From the NCBI GenBank assembly GCA_965112735.1, contig OZ218953.1:4836001-4900000 (forward strand): a DNA stretch of 64,000 bases, in the 5' to 3' direction. Each line of letters opens with the position of its first letter. Within the stretch, counting starts at the first letter, position 1. The notes beneath the pieces were generated by a model, which saw only the letters and a program-made list of their open reading frames with translations, did no database searches and had not been told where the DNA came from. This document shows positions 11,677 through 23,416 of this stretch, piece by piece. The stretch comes from Phaeosaccion multiseriatum (lineage: Eukaryota > Protista > Ochrophyta, other classes). Made by a program: the position numbers and the translations under genes.

Positions 11677-13977
11677 ATGGACAAAAGGGGTGGGGCAACA
11701 TCAAGCCTCCCGCGCCCTCCAGGCTCGGGGCCATCTCCCAGTGGAGCAGGGTCAGCAGCAGCAGCAGGAGGAGGGACGCAGCCGTCTTCCCCGTGCTCAA
11801 ACGAGCAGCTTCCACAGGCAACAGGGGGCTCGGCGGCAGCAGGGGGGGGCAGTGGGCCTTTTGATCCACCTCCGCCGTCTTCAATAGGAACGCCGGACTT
11901 CAAGCTCAGTCAGTGCTTCGGCGACTGCTCTCCCGCAGATGAGGTCACCGACGCCGACATTCTCTCGGCAGTGCAGTTCGACAGCACGGGGCAGTTTCTG
12001 GCCACGGGAGACAGGGGGGGGAGAGTCGTGCTTTTCAAGCAAAATAGCGGGGGCAAGCAGAAGGTGAGGAGTGTACAGCAGAGTGTTGGTAGTGGAAGTG
12101 TCTACCTGCCGGTCTTCCGGCCTGCACGCCTACCTGCCTGCCTACCTGACTGACTGACTGACTTACTTACTACGTGATGCCTTCCTGACTACCTGCCTGT
12201 CTGACTGCCTGCCTGCCTGATTGACTGACTGCCTGCCTGCCTGCCTGCCTGCCTGACTGCCTGACTGCCTGCCTGCTTGGCTACCTGCTGTCGCCTACAC
12301 GCCTGTCTGCTCGCTTACCCCTACCCACTAGTAGCCAGCCTGGACTTGTGACTGTTGGGGCAAAGATACTCTTGTCCTCTGTTGTGGCCAGCCGCCCCCC
12401 CCCTCGTTTCTAACGACGACTGCCGTCTCGGGCTTCCATTTGTATGGAGTAAGGATCCTTGAGACGAACGCCACCCTACAAACTCCTCCACCGCCCCCCC
12501 CCCTCTTAACGCTTTCACTTCCCACTCTCCCCTCTCTGGTGCGTGCATGCGTGCGTGTGACTGTCTGCAAGCAGATTAGTTCCAGTGGGAAGGTGCGCAG
12601 AACGTCCGACTACAAGTTCTATACGGAGTTCCAATCACACGAATCCGAATTCGACTACCTCAAGTCACTTGAAATCGAGGAGAAGATCAATCAGGTAATT
12701 TCGGCCCTGGAAGGATTATCTAATTATTGATTATGGCCGGCGCCAGGTGTGATGACTGATTATGGTCGGCGCCAGCCGGCCTGATGATTGATTATGGCCG
12801 AGCCAGGCCTGATTACTGATTATGGCCGGCGCATACCATAATCCTGTCCGGGGCCGAGAAAGTGTCATGAGAGCTGGCAGCTAGTTGGGCGGATGGAGAC
12901 ATGGTACCACAACGAAGCTTCTCTGCTCGAGAAGAAGGTTGAGATGGGGATGGGCGGTGGGCTCTCCCCTCCTCGAGGGGGGGGTGTTGCGGGGGTTATC
13001 ACCTTTCCGTGCCGTGCGTCGTCCGTGACCAATCCTTCTTCCTCCCGCCCCCTTGTGTGTTCTCTACACCTGCTCTGTGCTATCTTCAATTGGACCGGAA
13101 CGCTCTTGTGATGCGCTCAGATCAAGTGGTGTCCCAGAGCCACAGATGCCCTCTTTCTTCTGTCCACCAATGACAAGACTATCAAACTGTGGAAAGTTAG
13201 AGAAAAGAAGGTCAAGAGGTAAGTGTGTATCTTTCCTTCCTTCCTTCCTCCATTCGACCATATGACCCCTCTCCTTCTTCCGTCCCAGGGTTGCAACAAT
13301 GGATCTGTCAGCAGCGGAGGTGGGCAAGGAGCCACGGTTCGTCTCTGCGGCACAGCTTAGAGTGCCCCAGATCGAGCGACAAGGCTCCCAAATCGTAGCC
13401 ACCCCACGGCGGGTATTCTCCAACGCGCACGCCTACCACGTGAACTCAGTAGCGCCCAACAGCGATGGAGAGCACTTTTTGTCAGCGGACGATTTGCGAA
13501 TCAATCTGTGGAACATGGAGATTACAGACAGGAGGTAAGGAGCCCAAGGGTTTTCCCTTTTTCTCCTCTGTCCCTTGCTTGTCTGGTTTCTCCCGTTCTC
13601 TCCTGCGGACTCGGTGGTTGCTCGTCTCGTTCTCCCTGCCCTGTCCTGTCTCGTCCGTTTAACTTGGTCTGATTTGCTCTTGCTCATCGCTCTTCCATGT
13701 CTTCCCTGTCGCTCGTCTCTCTGTCCTGTCGTCCTGTTCTGTTCTGTCGTGTCCGTCCGCCTTGGTCACAGCTTTAACATCGTAGACATCAAGCCCAAGA
13801 ACATGGAGGAGCTGACAGAAGTCATCACCAGTGCATCGTGCCACCCCATGAGCTGCAACGTGTTCATGTACAGCAGTAGTAGGGGGAGCATCAAGTTGGG
13901 AGACATGCGAGCGGCGGCCTTGTGCGATCAGCACGCCAAGGGTGAGTGGTGCAGTGCAGCTCCGGGTTGTTTGCTCC

Positions 13978-14021
<44 letters not shown>

Positions 14022-15594
14022 CCATGCGGAGAGGTTATTTGAGGCGAGGGATGTTGACGTTTGACAAGTGCTCTCGAGAGACAGGGTGCGCGTTCGGATA
14101 GGGGGTTGAAAAGGAGGAGCAGATTCTCGAGTGCGTCAGTGGGTGGGCGGATCAATGAGTGCGGTGCCTGTGTGGTTGGGCGCGTGGTTGGGTGCGTGGG
14201 TCAGTGGGTTGGGGTCTGGGGTCTATCCATCCTACCAGTGTCTACCTCCTCTCATGAACGCCGTCTGATGTCTCTCGCCGGCTTTTTGGGCCTGACTCAC
14301 TGCACCGTTCTTCCTCTCTTTTTTTCTCTTTCTTTCGCAGTGATGGAGGAGAAAACAGACCCAGGGAACAAGTCGTTTTTCTCCGAGATTGTAGCCTCCA
14401 TTAGCGATATCAAGACCACCACTGATGGGCGTTACATTTTCAGCAGAGACTACATGACCGTCAAAGTGTGGGATGTCAACATGGAGGTACGCCTGCCAGT
14501 CATTGGGGGAGGGAGGGGCGGGCAGGATGGACGACGGGGGGGTTTTCCCTTCCATTCTGTCTCCTTTCCACATCACTTGGTGCCACGAGACACGTGGTGG
14601 TACCTTTGGCCAATACCCCACCCCTCCCCCCCTTCTTTCCTGTTGCCTGCTGTCACCTCCTCCATCAACCAGGCTCGTCCGGTGCAGACTATCCAAATCC
14701 ACAGCCACTTGCGCTCCCAGCTGTGCGACTTGTACGAGAACGACTGCATCTTCGACAAGTTCGAGTGCGCTACGAGTGGAGACGGCACCAACATGCTGAC
14801 GGGCAGCTACAACAACGTGTGTCAGATGTATGACCGCTGGGGGCAGACACAGGCGGTGTTAGAAGTGTCCAAGGACCCGTCCAAGAGGTTAGTTGTGTGG
14901 TTGTTGCAAGTCGCTTGCAAGGGAGGTAGAGGGGGGTCGCTCTCATCCCTTTTCGTCCGTCCGTGTCCCCGTGGCATCCGAGTCTCGCTCTCTTTTTGGC
15001 CGTGCTGACGCCGCTCTGCATCTCTCATTCGCTCTCCCTTTCTCTCTCTCTCTCCGACTCTTCTGCGCTTCCACCATACCCTACCTACAGGAGCAGCAGG
15101 AAGAAGTCTCAGAAGATGTCGAAGCATGACATGGCGCAGATGCTCGGCTCGGGGCCCACAGACTACGACAAGAAGATCCTTCACATGTCATGGCACCCCA
15201 AGGTGCGTCTCAAGCTCTCAAGTCCATGAATTTCTCCGGGCATGAGTTGGTTCGAGGGTAGAGAAGGCTTGACTGTCATCGGGTGGGGGTGAAAGTGGGG
15301 AGAGAAGACGGAATGTGATTGGGTGGGGGTGGAGGTGGTCTGTTAAAGTGAGGGAGGCGGGATGGGGTACGTGTTGGTACAGTGCACCCCATTCGCTCGT
15401 ATTATTTCCAGTCCGCACTTGCTTCTTTTCGGCGAGAGAGTTAAAGCCCGCCCCTTACTCCTCTTCCCCTTCCGTTCTCATTCTTACTCTGTGTGTTTCT
15501 ACCTTTGGTTTTACATCCCTTCCCTTCCCCTCAGGATGACATCATAGCAGTAGCTGGTCTTAATAAGCTCTTCATCTACACAGCACAGCGCTGA
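11677..15594 (+). CDS. PPP2R2: Protein phosphatase 2A regulatory subunit B55 (WD40), 9 exons (11677-12063, 12575-12694, 13121-13218, 13289-13534, 13772-13941, 14341-14486, 14673-14887, 15091-15202, 15535-15594)
   Basis: Signature motifs [105 protein letters not shown] introns in consistent phase. Confidence 0.96.
12120..12310. repeat. (GCCT)/(GACT) tetranucleotide microsatellite in PP2A intron 1
   Basis: Runs of gcct and gact units read directly. Confidence 0.8.
12701..12857. mobile_element. 157-bp MITE-like element in PP2A intron 2
   Basis: Imperfect TIR TCGGCCCTGGAAGGATTAT / ATAATCCTGTCCGGGGCCGA enclosing four copies of TGATTATGG(C/T)CG. No TSD found. Confidence 0.65.
13983..14017. repeat. 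(CA)n microsatellite, intronic
   Basis: Read directly from the sequence. Confidence 0.9.
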
Positions 15595-17028
15595 GCTTGG
15601 AAGGACGGGGAGGAAGGGAGGGAGGGCTAAGGGGAGGAACTATAGCATGGCGGAGGGGAGGAAGAGAGAGAGGGGAGGGGGGGGGGAGGGGAGGAATTCT
15701 AGCACGGGGGAAGTGACTCGGAGGGACACAATCTGCCCATGACCCGGAGCGGGAGGAGACCGAGGGAAAGCGCATATAGACGACAACTTCGTACAGGAGA
15801 CATCACAGCAGATAGTCGGATGTCAACTGCACAGCACAAGGGGGAGGGGAAGGAAATGGAGAGCACAGGGGGGGGAGTTGGAACGAAAAAGAAAGGTGCG
15901 TCCAACGCAGATATCACGAAAGAAGCAGCAGCGTCAGCAGCAGCTCGCTGGGTTTGCCCAACAGCACCCAGGAGCAGCAGCAGCAGGCAGCGCACTAGAA
16001 GAGGGGGGGGGGGCATTTCCCCAGCGGGCAGACACCCAATTCCCTTACGTGACGTACTTACGTAAGGTACCACCAAAAATATAATATCCTAAATACACCC
16101 GCCTGCTCATGGCCTCTGCTGCTGTTCCGGCTACAGCGTCGCCCCCATTGAAATGGCCGGACAAGATGATGGCTGCGGGAGTGGTTTCCTTCTTGGAGTT
16201 CAAAAGAGCCTTGGTTTGCCACATGAGGGACCGAGAGAAGAGAAGAAAAAAAAGACATTTTTGAAGGATGTTCACCACGACGTGAAGGAACTTGCCTACA
16301 ACGATGTCCAGAAGTTATTCAAAGGTGTGAGTGGCACAGCTGGTACCAGCAAGAAAGGACTGAAGGCTTTCTCGGCCGAGCCAAAGGGAGAGACGCCCTG
16401 CAACATCTGAAGCTTGGGAACGACCTTCCGAATTTCTTTGTCTGATCCTTGCTTGTTCTTCGTCTTGTCATGGCAGGCTTAACGTGAAGGGACTATCTGG
16501 TGAATCCATCCTTGAGAGCATTGGGAAGGACCTTCCATCGATGACGTGGAATGACTTCCGATATCGACTTCCAGCGGGCGACGAATGGCGACCACAAGAC
16601 ATTCAGGAGACTGAAAGAAAGGGAGACTGAGATGCACATGTCTACTGATGATCTGATGGGACCTCTGACATCGAGCCTGGTGGTAGTGGAGATGACGGCC
16701 ACCCTGAGGAGAGGGGCAGAGCCACGACATTTGATGGAGGGCAGCATAAGGGACCACTCTCACGTGCAACACAGGGAGCCGTCGAGGCAGGAGAGAGTGC
16801 CACTACCACAACCACGAGCACCAGCAGCTTTAGCAGCAGCATTATCAGCATCAGCATCAGCATCAGCAGCAGGCAGCAGGCAGCAGCTGCAGCAGCGACC
16901 AGGACGAGGATGAGGAGGATGCTGCTGCGAAGGCACGAACAGGAGGAGCAGCAGCTGAAGCAGCAGCAGCATGGAGGAATCTCCTGACGGGTGGCACGAA
17001 ACCCCGAGATGTAAACTCTTCGACCCTT

Positions 17029-19617
17029 GTGCCACAGCCGCCTGCGGTCGCGACTGCAGCAACGGCCATTGACCTTCGGAGTGTGAAGGATGCAAAGGGG
17101 AGGCCGCTGTCGAAGCGAGCACGGCAAGCTTTGGCGCAGAGGCTCACCAGCCTGCCATCCCCTCCATCAGCAGTGGCTGTATCAGCGGGACAGCAACCAC
17201 AATGTAGACGGCGATACGATATCGAGGGGTCGACCCAGAAGGAACACATGGACAAGGCTGTATCTGCTGTGAAGAATGATAATGTCAGCCTTAGGAAGGC
17301 GGCGCAGCAGTATGGAATCACCAAGACTGCTCTGGAGTGTAGGTGCAAGGGACGGGTTGCTTCTTCGGCTGTTGGTGGGAAGGGCAATCAAGCCTTGCCT
17401 GCCTCAACCGAAGAGGCACTGGTGAGCTTTGTTGTGGACATGGCAGACAGCGGCTTTGGGGTTGACTGGAACTATGTAGGCACCCTGGCCAGGAGAACGG
17501 CCCATACATTGGGAGTTGCTTCATTGGTGGCATCAGGAGGCTGGCTGCAGGGCTTCAAGCGCCGCCACCCAAGTTTAGTGACGCGGCGAGCCCAGCCCCT
17601 TGAGCTCACGAGGGCGCGGGGCTGCAACGACGAGACAAGGAGGGAGTATCTAGACCAGTTCCTACCTAGGTGAGTCCACATTCGTGGAGGGCAAGAGAGC
17701 GTGACTGGAGAGGGGGGTGGGGGTGGGGACAGGACAGAGGAGAGGCGCGTGCGACAGGGAGAGGGCATAGGGAGAGGGAGAGGGAGGGGGCGAGGGCGAG
17801 GAAGAGGGGGAAGGAGGGAGAGAGTGTGTGAGGGAGAGAGGTCGGAGGGAGACGGAAGGGGAGAGGGGAAGGGAGAGGGAGATAAAAGAGGGAGATGAAG
17901 ATGGAGAGGGCAGAGGGCAAAGAGAGAGAAAGGCCTGTACTCTCCCCCACCAAATGACTTCATCCATCCTTTCCCATTGTCCTCCGTATGACCACGATAA
18001 TAATTGTTCTCTGCCTCGCTTGCTTATCTCCCCTTCCTTCCCCTCCCCTTGTCAGTATGTGTTGTTATCCGGGTGTGAGGTGGAGGACCTCCAACCGGTG
18101 CAGTTCTGGAACAGCGATGAGACAGGCATGAATACACAGCACGGCGTCGTGATCGTTGTTGCCCAAAAGGGGCGCGACCATGTGTCAATGACAGCTCAGG
18201 AGCGATCAAGTCACGTCACTCTTGTCGGTGCTGTCGATGCCGCTGGTGGATGCATGAGCCCGTTCTTCGTCATTGCTGGAGCAAGGAGGCAGGGGCACAT
18301 TGCCAATGCGGACGCATCACCTGGCTCTAACTCGGAACAGTCCTTGCCCGCCACAGCAGAGATCCATTACACGGAGAACGGATACGTCACCGACGAGCTC
18401 TGGGCAAAAGCAGTCGTGCCGTTCTTCATCAAGCAGAAGCGAGCCCGCATGCAAGAGCTGGCGGGGCGCGATCGGCCGATTTTGCTCCTGATGGATGGCT
18501 ATGGTTCGCACACGATGACCCCGGATGCTCTTCACGCTATGCGCGAAGCCGGCATCATCTGCGCATGCATGCCCGCGCACACATCTGGGGAGTTCCAACC
18601 TCTGGACGTCAAACTCTTTCGCCCTTTCAAGTCCGCTCTGAGGAGCGGTCTCTCGGCCTGGCAGCGACTCTTCAACAGAGAGAATATGAGCCGGCAGGAG
18701 CTCTTGTTCTGGCCTCCGAGGCTCAAGGGGTGAGTCACAAGTCGGGAACCGTCAAGTCCGGATTCAAGGCGACAGGCTTTTACCCGCCCATGTCTTTCGC
18801 CGACTTCACCAGCGGAAGGGCCCCTGCTGAAGGGTCCATCAGCAAGGCCTTTGCTGACGTCACACGGGCCAGTGGAGACGCCAAGGCATCGCAGTTGCAG
18901 GAGATGACAAAGGCTTTCGACGCGAACATGCTTCAGCGAGTGGGCTCTTCGTCCTTCGCAGCCGACATGGTCAAACACCCCCTGCTGGACCTTGCACCTG
19001 CGCAGGCCCACGAAGGCACAGCAGCAGCTCATGACGGACGATGTGGCGGCTGTGCAACACCTCCTTCTCCTTCCTCATGAGCGTTTCAGTCTGTGGACAG
19101 ACTATCACAGCTAAGGCGCAAAAGCGCCGTTGCGAGCCGTAAGCAGGGCTCCGCTGCAGTACATCGCTTGAACGCCATCGGGGAGTCAACGTCGACGTGT
19201 AAGGACCTTAACACGGAAGAGAGGGTCCTTCTACTGAGAGACAAGATGGCAGAGAGGGAGGAGGCAGCGCAGGACAAGGCAGCGGCGGAGAAAAAGGAGC
19301 AGGACGAAGAAGGTGTGACGGAGGCTGTCTTGAGAACTCTCGGATTCATTCCGAAGGGGAAGAAGACTCTCTTGAAGGGGAGTCTTTGGGCTTTCATCAA
19401 CGCCCAAGCCAGCACGTCTGAAGTGCGCAAGAAGGCCCCCGACAAGTCGACCAAGAAGCAAGAGCTTCTCGCCTACGTGAAGTCGTATGTCGAGACAGAT
19501 GCGCGAGCAGCAAGTTGGATAGGGGCGCCAGAGCCCGCTGAGACGGCAAAAAAGGGACATGATCCAGCAGCGTCTGCAGATGAAGAGGATGAGGCAAAAG
19601 AGGACGAAGGGCAATGA
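17029..19617 (+). pseudogene. pogo/Fot1-like (Tc1/mariner superfamily) transposase, frameshifted
   Basis: HTH_psq (SLRKAAQQYGITKTAL), CENP-B HTH (EEALVSFV...GWLQGFKRRHPSL) and DDD triad WNSDETG / LMDGYGSH / QPLDVKLFRPFK (36 residues between D2 and D3). The canonical SGFKATGFYP motif lies in another frame after about 18705. The intron at 17670-18055 has mismatched phases. Confidence 0.85.
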
Positions 19618-20042
19618 GAGGGCGATGTCAGCCCAACGGCAGCGGATGAAGAGGGGGAAGAGGAGGCCGCAGCGACATCCCCATCCCCCAGGGGGGCAAG
19701 GGGGGGGGGGTGAGCGCTGGTGAGCGAGAGGCCCTGCACACACGCGCTGCAGACGTGGAGAGGACGGAGGGAGATGTGACGGAGGTGGGGAGTGGACGAT
19801 GGGCCGAGAGCGTCATGAGCAAAGAGGGAGGCGAAGACAGGCGGTCGGCGCTGGAGGCGATGCAGGAGGAGGAGGGAACAGGCGTACCGGTGGACGAAGG
19901 AGAGGCCAAACAATCAGACCGAGGAGATAGAGGGCAAGAGGAGAACGACGACGTGGCACTCGTCTCGGGTGCCAAGCCTCGAGCGGGCAGAGCGCTGAAG
20001 CGCCCCAATCGCCCGCATTCGCCCCCAATTTTTTTTTGGCAC

Positions 20043-20508
20043 AAACTCGGCAAAATGACGCTGGGAGAAGTGCTATATATAGCTCTTCGTGTAGCTCTTT
20101 GAGATCCCCACCGATCCATGGTCTTTCGGCTTTCATCGCCTCTTCCCTTCCGTAGTTGTCAGCATTTCTGCACCAGCACCCCCTTCCCGGGGGGGGGAGA
20201 AGGGGGATGTGCACGCCACGGAAATCGCTCATGGGCAGCTTGCCCGCCCTTCTGCAAGAGAACAGGCGCAGCGCTACGGCGGCTAGCCACAGTGGAGCAG
20301 CAGCAGGACCCTTGGCAAGCCTGGTGCGATTTCCGTGGCGTGCACATCCCCCGTCCCCCCCCCGCGGGAAGGGGGTGCTGCTGCGGAAATGCTGACAACT
20401 ACGGAAGGGAAGAGGCGATGAAAGCCGAAAGACCATGGATCGGTGGGGATCTCAAAGAGCTACACGAAGAGCTATAGCGCTTCTCCCAGCGTCATTTTGC
20501 CGAGTTTA
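20043..20508. repeat. Large near-perfect inverted repeat / foldback element (about 185-bp arms, about 97-bp spacer)
   Basis: 20043-20228 is close to the reverse complement of 20326-20508. The ORF track shows the same peptide start MVFRLSSPLPFRSCQHF on both strands. Confidence 0.92.
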
Positions 20509-20526
20509 TACAAATTTTTTTTGTTA

Positions 20527-20882
20527 CTGTGATTTCGCGGTTGAGTGGCACTTTTGACGCCCCATTAATTTTTTTTGACGCCAAATGACGATTTTTTTTG
20601 ACGACGTTTGACGACGTTTGACGACGCTTTTTAGCCCCCTATTTGACGCCCTTTGACGCCCTTTGACGCACTTTGACGCCCTTTTATCTTAATTCGCCTT
20701 AATTTCGTCTAAAAAAAATCACGTAAGAAAAAATCACGGAAAAGGGCGTCAAAGGGCGTCAAATAGGGGGCTAAGAAAGCGTCGTCAAACGTCGTCAAAC
20801 GTCGTAAAAAAAAATCGTCATTTATTAGCGTCAAAAAAAATTAATGGGGCGTCAAAAGTGCCACTCAACCGCGAAATCACAG
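20527..20882. repeat. AT-rich palindrome (about 150-bp arms) built of TTTGACG repeats
   Basis: CTGTGATTTCGCGGTTGAGTGGCACTTTTGACGCCCCATTAA at the left end is mirrored exactly at 20841-20882. Internal TTTGACGACG / CGTCGTCAAA arrays. Confidence 0.92.
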
Positions 20883-21009
20883 GCGGCCACCGGGCTGATA
20901 GGGCTATTTTGACGTAAGGAGGGGTCTTCACGTAAGGTCGTCCCGAGGCACGTAAGGTCGTTCAAACTACATGGCAATGAGGACGGCCTCCTAGACGCTA
21001 CCTTGAGAG

Positions 21010-22899
21010 ATGAGAGGCATGGAGGCCGAACTAGAAGGCCAAGAGCCAGATACCTCTGGTGATACCCTTGAAAGCCGCGACAGGGACAGTCCTCTTGCGG
21101 ATGAGGATGTTGAAAAGAGCAGACAAAGCACAAAAAAGCATGAAGCAATCCATGCTTTAGAGGGCTCTACAGGACCACCAGCACCCGTTGCAGCAGCGGG
21201 TATCATCGGTGACAGCATCACCATCAGTATCAGCAGCAGAAGCAGCAGCACGGGGGTCTATTAACCCCTACATCGCACGCACTGCTATTTTTGCTGCTGC
21301 TGTAGCTGCTGCTCCTGCTGCTGCTTTTCCTACAGTTCCTCCTGCGAAGAAAGAGAGGGGGCGAGGACGTCCCCGAGGGAGCAAGGACACTTCCGCCAAG
21401 TTGGATGGAGCTGCAGCGCCAGCAAAGAAGGCTGCTGGGCCAGTAAAGAGAGGGCGAGGAGGACCCCCAGGGAGCAAGAGCGCGAAGGGAAGTGCAAAGC
21501 CAGGTCCTGTACGCCAGGAAACGGTCGACAGAAATCGGGGTAATTGGGCCAAGATGGGATTTGTAGTTCCAGGCAGCTTTGAGGAGAGAGAGGGCACAGT
21601 TCTGGGCTCTCCACTACCATCTGTAGCACCAGCAAAGACGTCTTCTCCGGCCCTCCCACGCGCCGAAGCAGCTGCTGCTTGCACCAAGGAAGCATCAGCA
21701 AGAGGGACACCGGCAGATAGCTCAGGAGGAGAGGAACAGCTGCGGCTGGCGCCAAGGGAGGGCAGGCGTCTGCAGGAGAGGCATCGCGTCACGCAGCTCG
21801 TCATGCAGGTGGGTGGGTGAGAGAGAGAGAGAGAGTCCTTCGGGGAGGGGAGGGAGCATAGAAGAGGAGCATGGGAAGAGAGGCATAGGAGAAAGTGGAA
21901 GATGACCGTAGGAGTTGATGTGCTCCCTCTCTCCCTCCCCCGTCCGTCCCTCCGTCCCTCCAGCAGAAAGCTCCGCAGAAGCAGCTGCCGAGACAGCAGC
22001 AGCAGCAGCATCTCCAGGAGGAGGTATCACATCACGCCGCTCGTCATGTCATGCAGGTGGGTAGGTGAGAGAGGGAGAGAGTCCTTTGGGGAGGGGAGGG
22101 AGCATAGAAGGGGGGCATGGGAAGAGAGGCATAGGAGAAAAGCAGAAGATGCCCGTAGGAATTGATGCGCTCCCTCTCTCCCTCCCCCCTCCGTCCCTCC
22201 GGCTCAAAGCTCCGCAGAGGCAGCGCCGAGACAGCAGCAGCAGCAGCAGCAGCATCTGCAGGAGAGGCATCACATCACGCCGCTCGTCATGTCATGCAGG
22301 TGGGTTGGTGAGAGAGGGAGAGTCCTTTGGGGTGCGGAGGGAGCATAGAAGAGGAGCATGGGACGAGAGGCGTAGGAGAGAAGTAGAAGACGCCCGTAGG
22401 AATTGATGGAGTGAGGGAGTCCTCGGTGGACAGAGGTGCGGCAGCCGGGCGACCACCAGAGAGGGGAGAGTTGTTAGCGAATTGTGCGATCGACTTTGAC
22501 CGCTGGGCTTGCGTCTGGAACGAGGGCTGCAGTGACGAAAGGACTCGGCAAGTGGAGCAACGTTTTCCGCAAGACGAGTGCACATCTGCGCCAGTACCAC
22601 GACCTGCTGAAGAGGAGGATGAACACGAAGGCCACTATGAAGCCGATTCTTCAACAGGGGGCCAGCCTGACAGCAGACTTGTGGCGACCGGCTCCTGGGG
22701 AGGAGTTCACCACTCCGTCTTAGAGCCACAGCCGACGTGCCCATCGCCAGGACAGCTCGAGCAGCTGAGGCTGAGGGAGGAGCCTATGTCTTTGGTAGCA
22801 GCAACTGCTGCGACTGCGGCTGCGAGTAGCGCCGAGGCGTGCATCCTGCGGGAGCAAGCCCCCTCCCTCTCTACTCAGGGTGGAAGCGTGCTTAAATAG
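21010..22899 (+). pseudogene. Fragmented AT-hook-containing ORF inside the TIR element
   Basis: RGRGRPRGSK and KRGRGGPPGSK in ORF 21188-21820; broken frames upstream and downstream. Confidence 0.45.
21770..22410. repeat. Tandem repeat of about 240 bp, 2.6 copies, each with a CAG|GTGGGT donor and a pyrimidine tract
   Basis: GTCATGCAGGTGGGT...GAGTCCTT...GGAGCATAGAAG...CCGTAGGA.TTGATG recurs at about 21800, 22048 and 22291. Confidence 0.85.
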
Positions 22900-23416
22900 C
22901 GGTGCTAGTGGTCGACCGGCCACACTTCGCGCTAAATCACAGCGGAAGAGGGCCTGTAAGATGTGCGAGAAGTGTGGGCATTAGCAGGAGGTTGGGAGGG
23001 GTGGCGTGAGCGTGCACACAGGGAAGGAGAAGACTTGTTGCATACCGACAAGCGGACCTGGAAGCGCAATCGCAATGGCGAGCTCATTCGAGAGACCCAG
23101 TCCGCCAGCAAGATGTATGGTGGGCCCTGTGAGTGTGTATTCTGCAGTTCATTCGCAGCTTCTAAGCCATAGAAAGGCCAATACAGGGCCAAAAAAGGGG
23201 GGCAAAGTCTCTTCGCTTGTTGTAATCCACTAGCCAGTCGCCAGTTGTGGTGGGGGAATTTGAAATTAATTGGCTGGCCCTTCGGGCCAGCCCTATTAGC
23301 ACGATATTCGCCAAATCACAGTAAATAAAAAAGAGAAATTAAAGGGTGAGATAAGTCAGCGAAAATCGTAACTGTCATCTCTTTTTTCATATCTTCGAGC
23401 ACTGTGCTCAGTCATC

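Larger units (their letters stand above)
20527..23321. mobile_element. About 2.8-kb TIR element with TA flanks (Tc1/mariner/pogo-type), non-autonomous
   Basis: TA|CTGTGATTTCGCG at 20527 and CGCCAAATCACAG|TA at 23321 (13-bp TIR, 1 mismatch). Contains a decayed AT-hook ORF and a tandem triplication. Confidence 0.6.
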
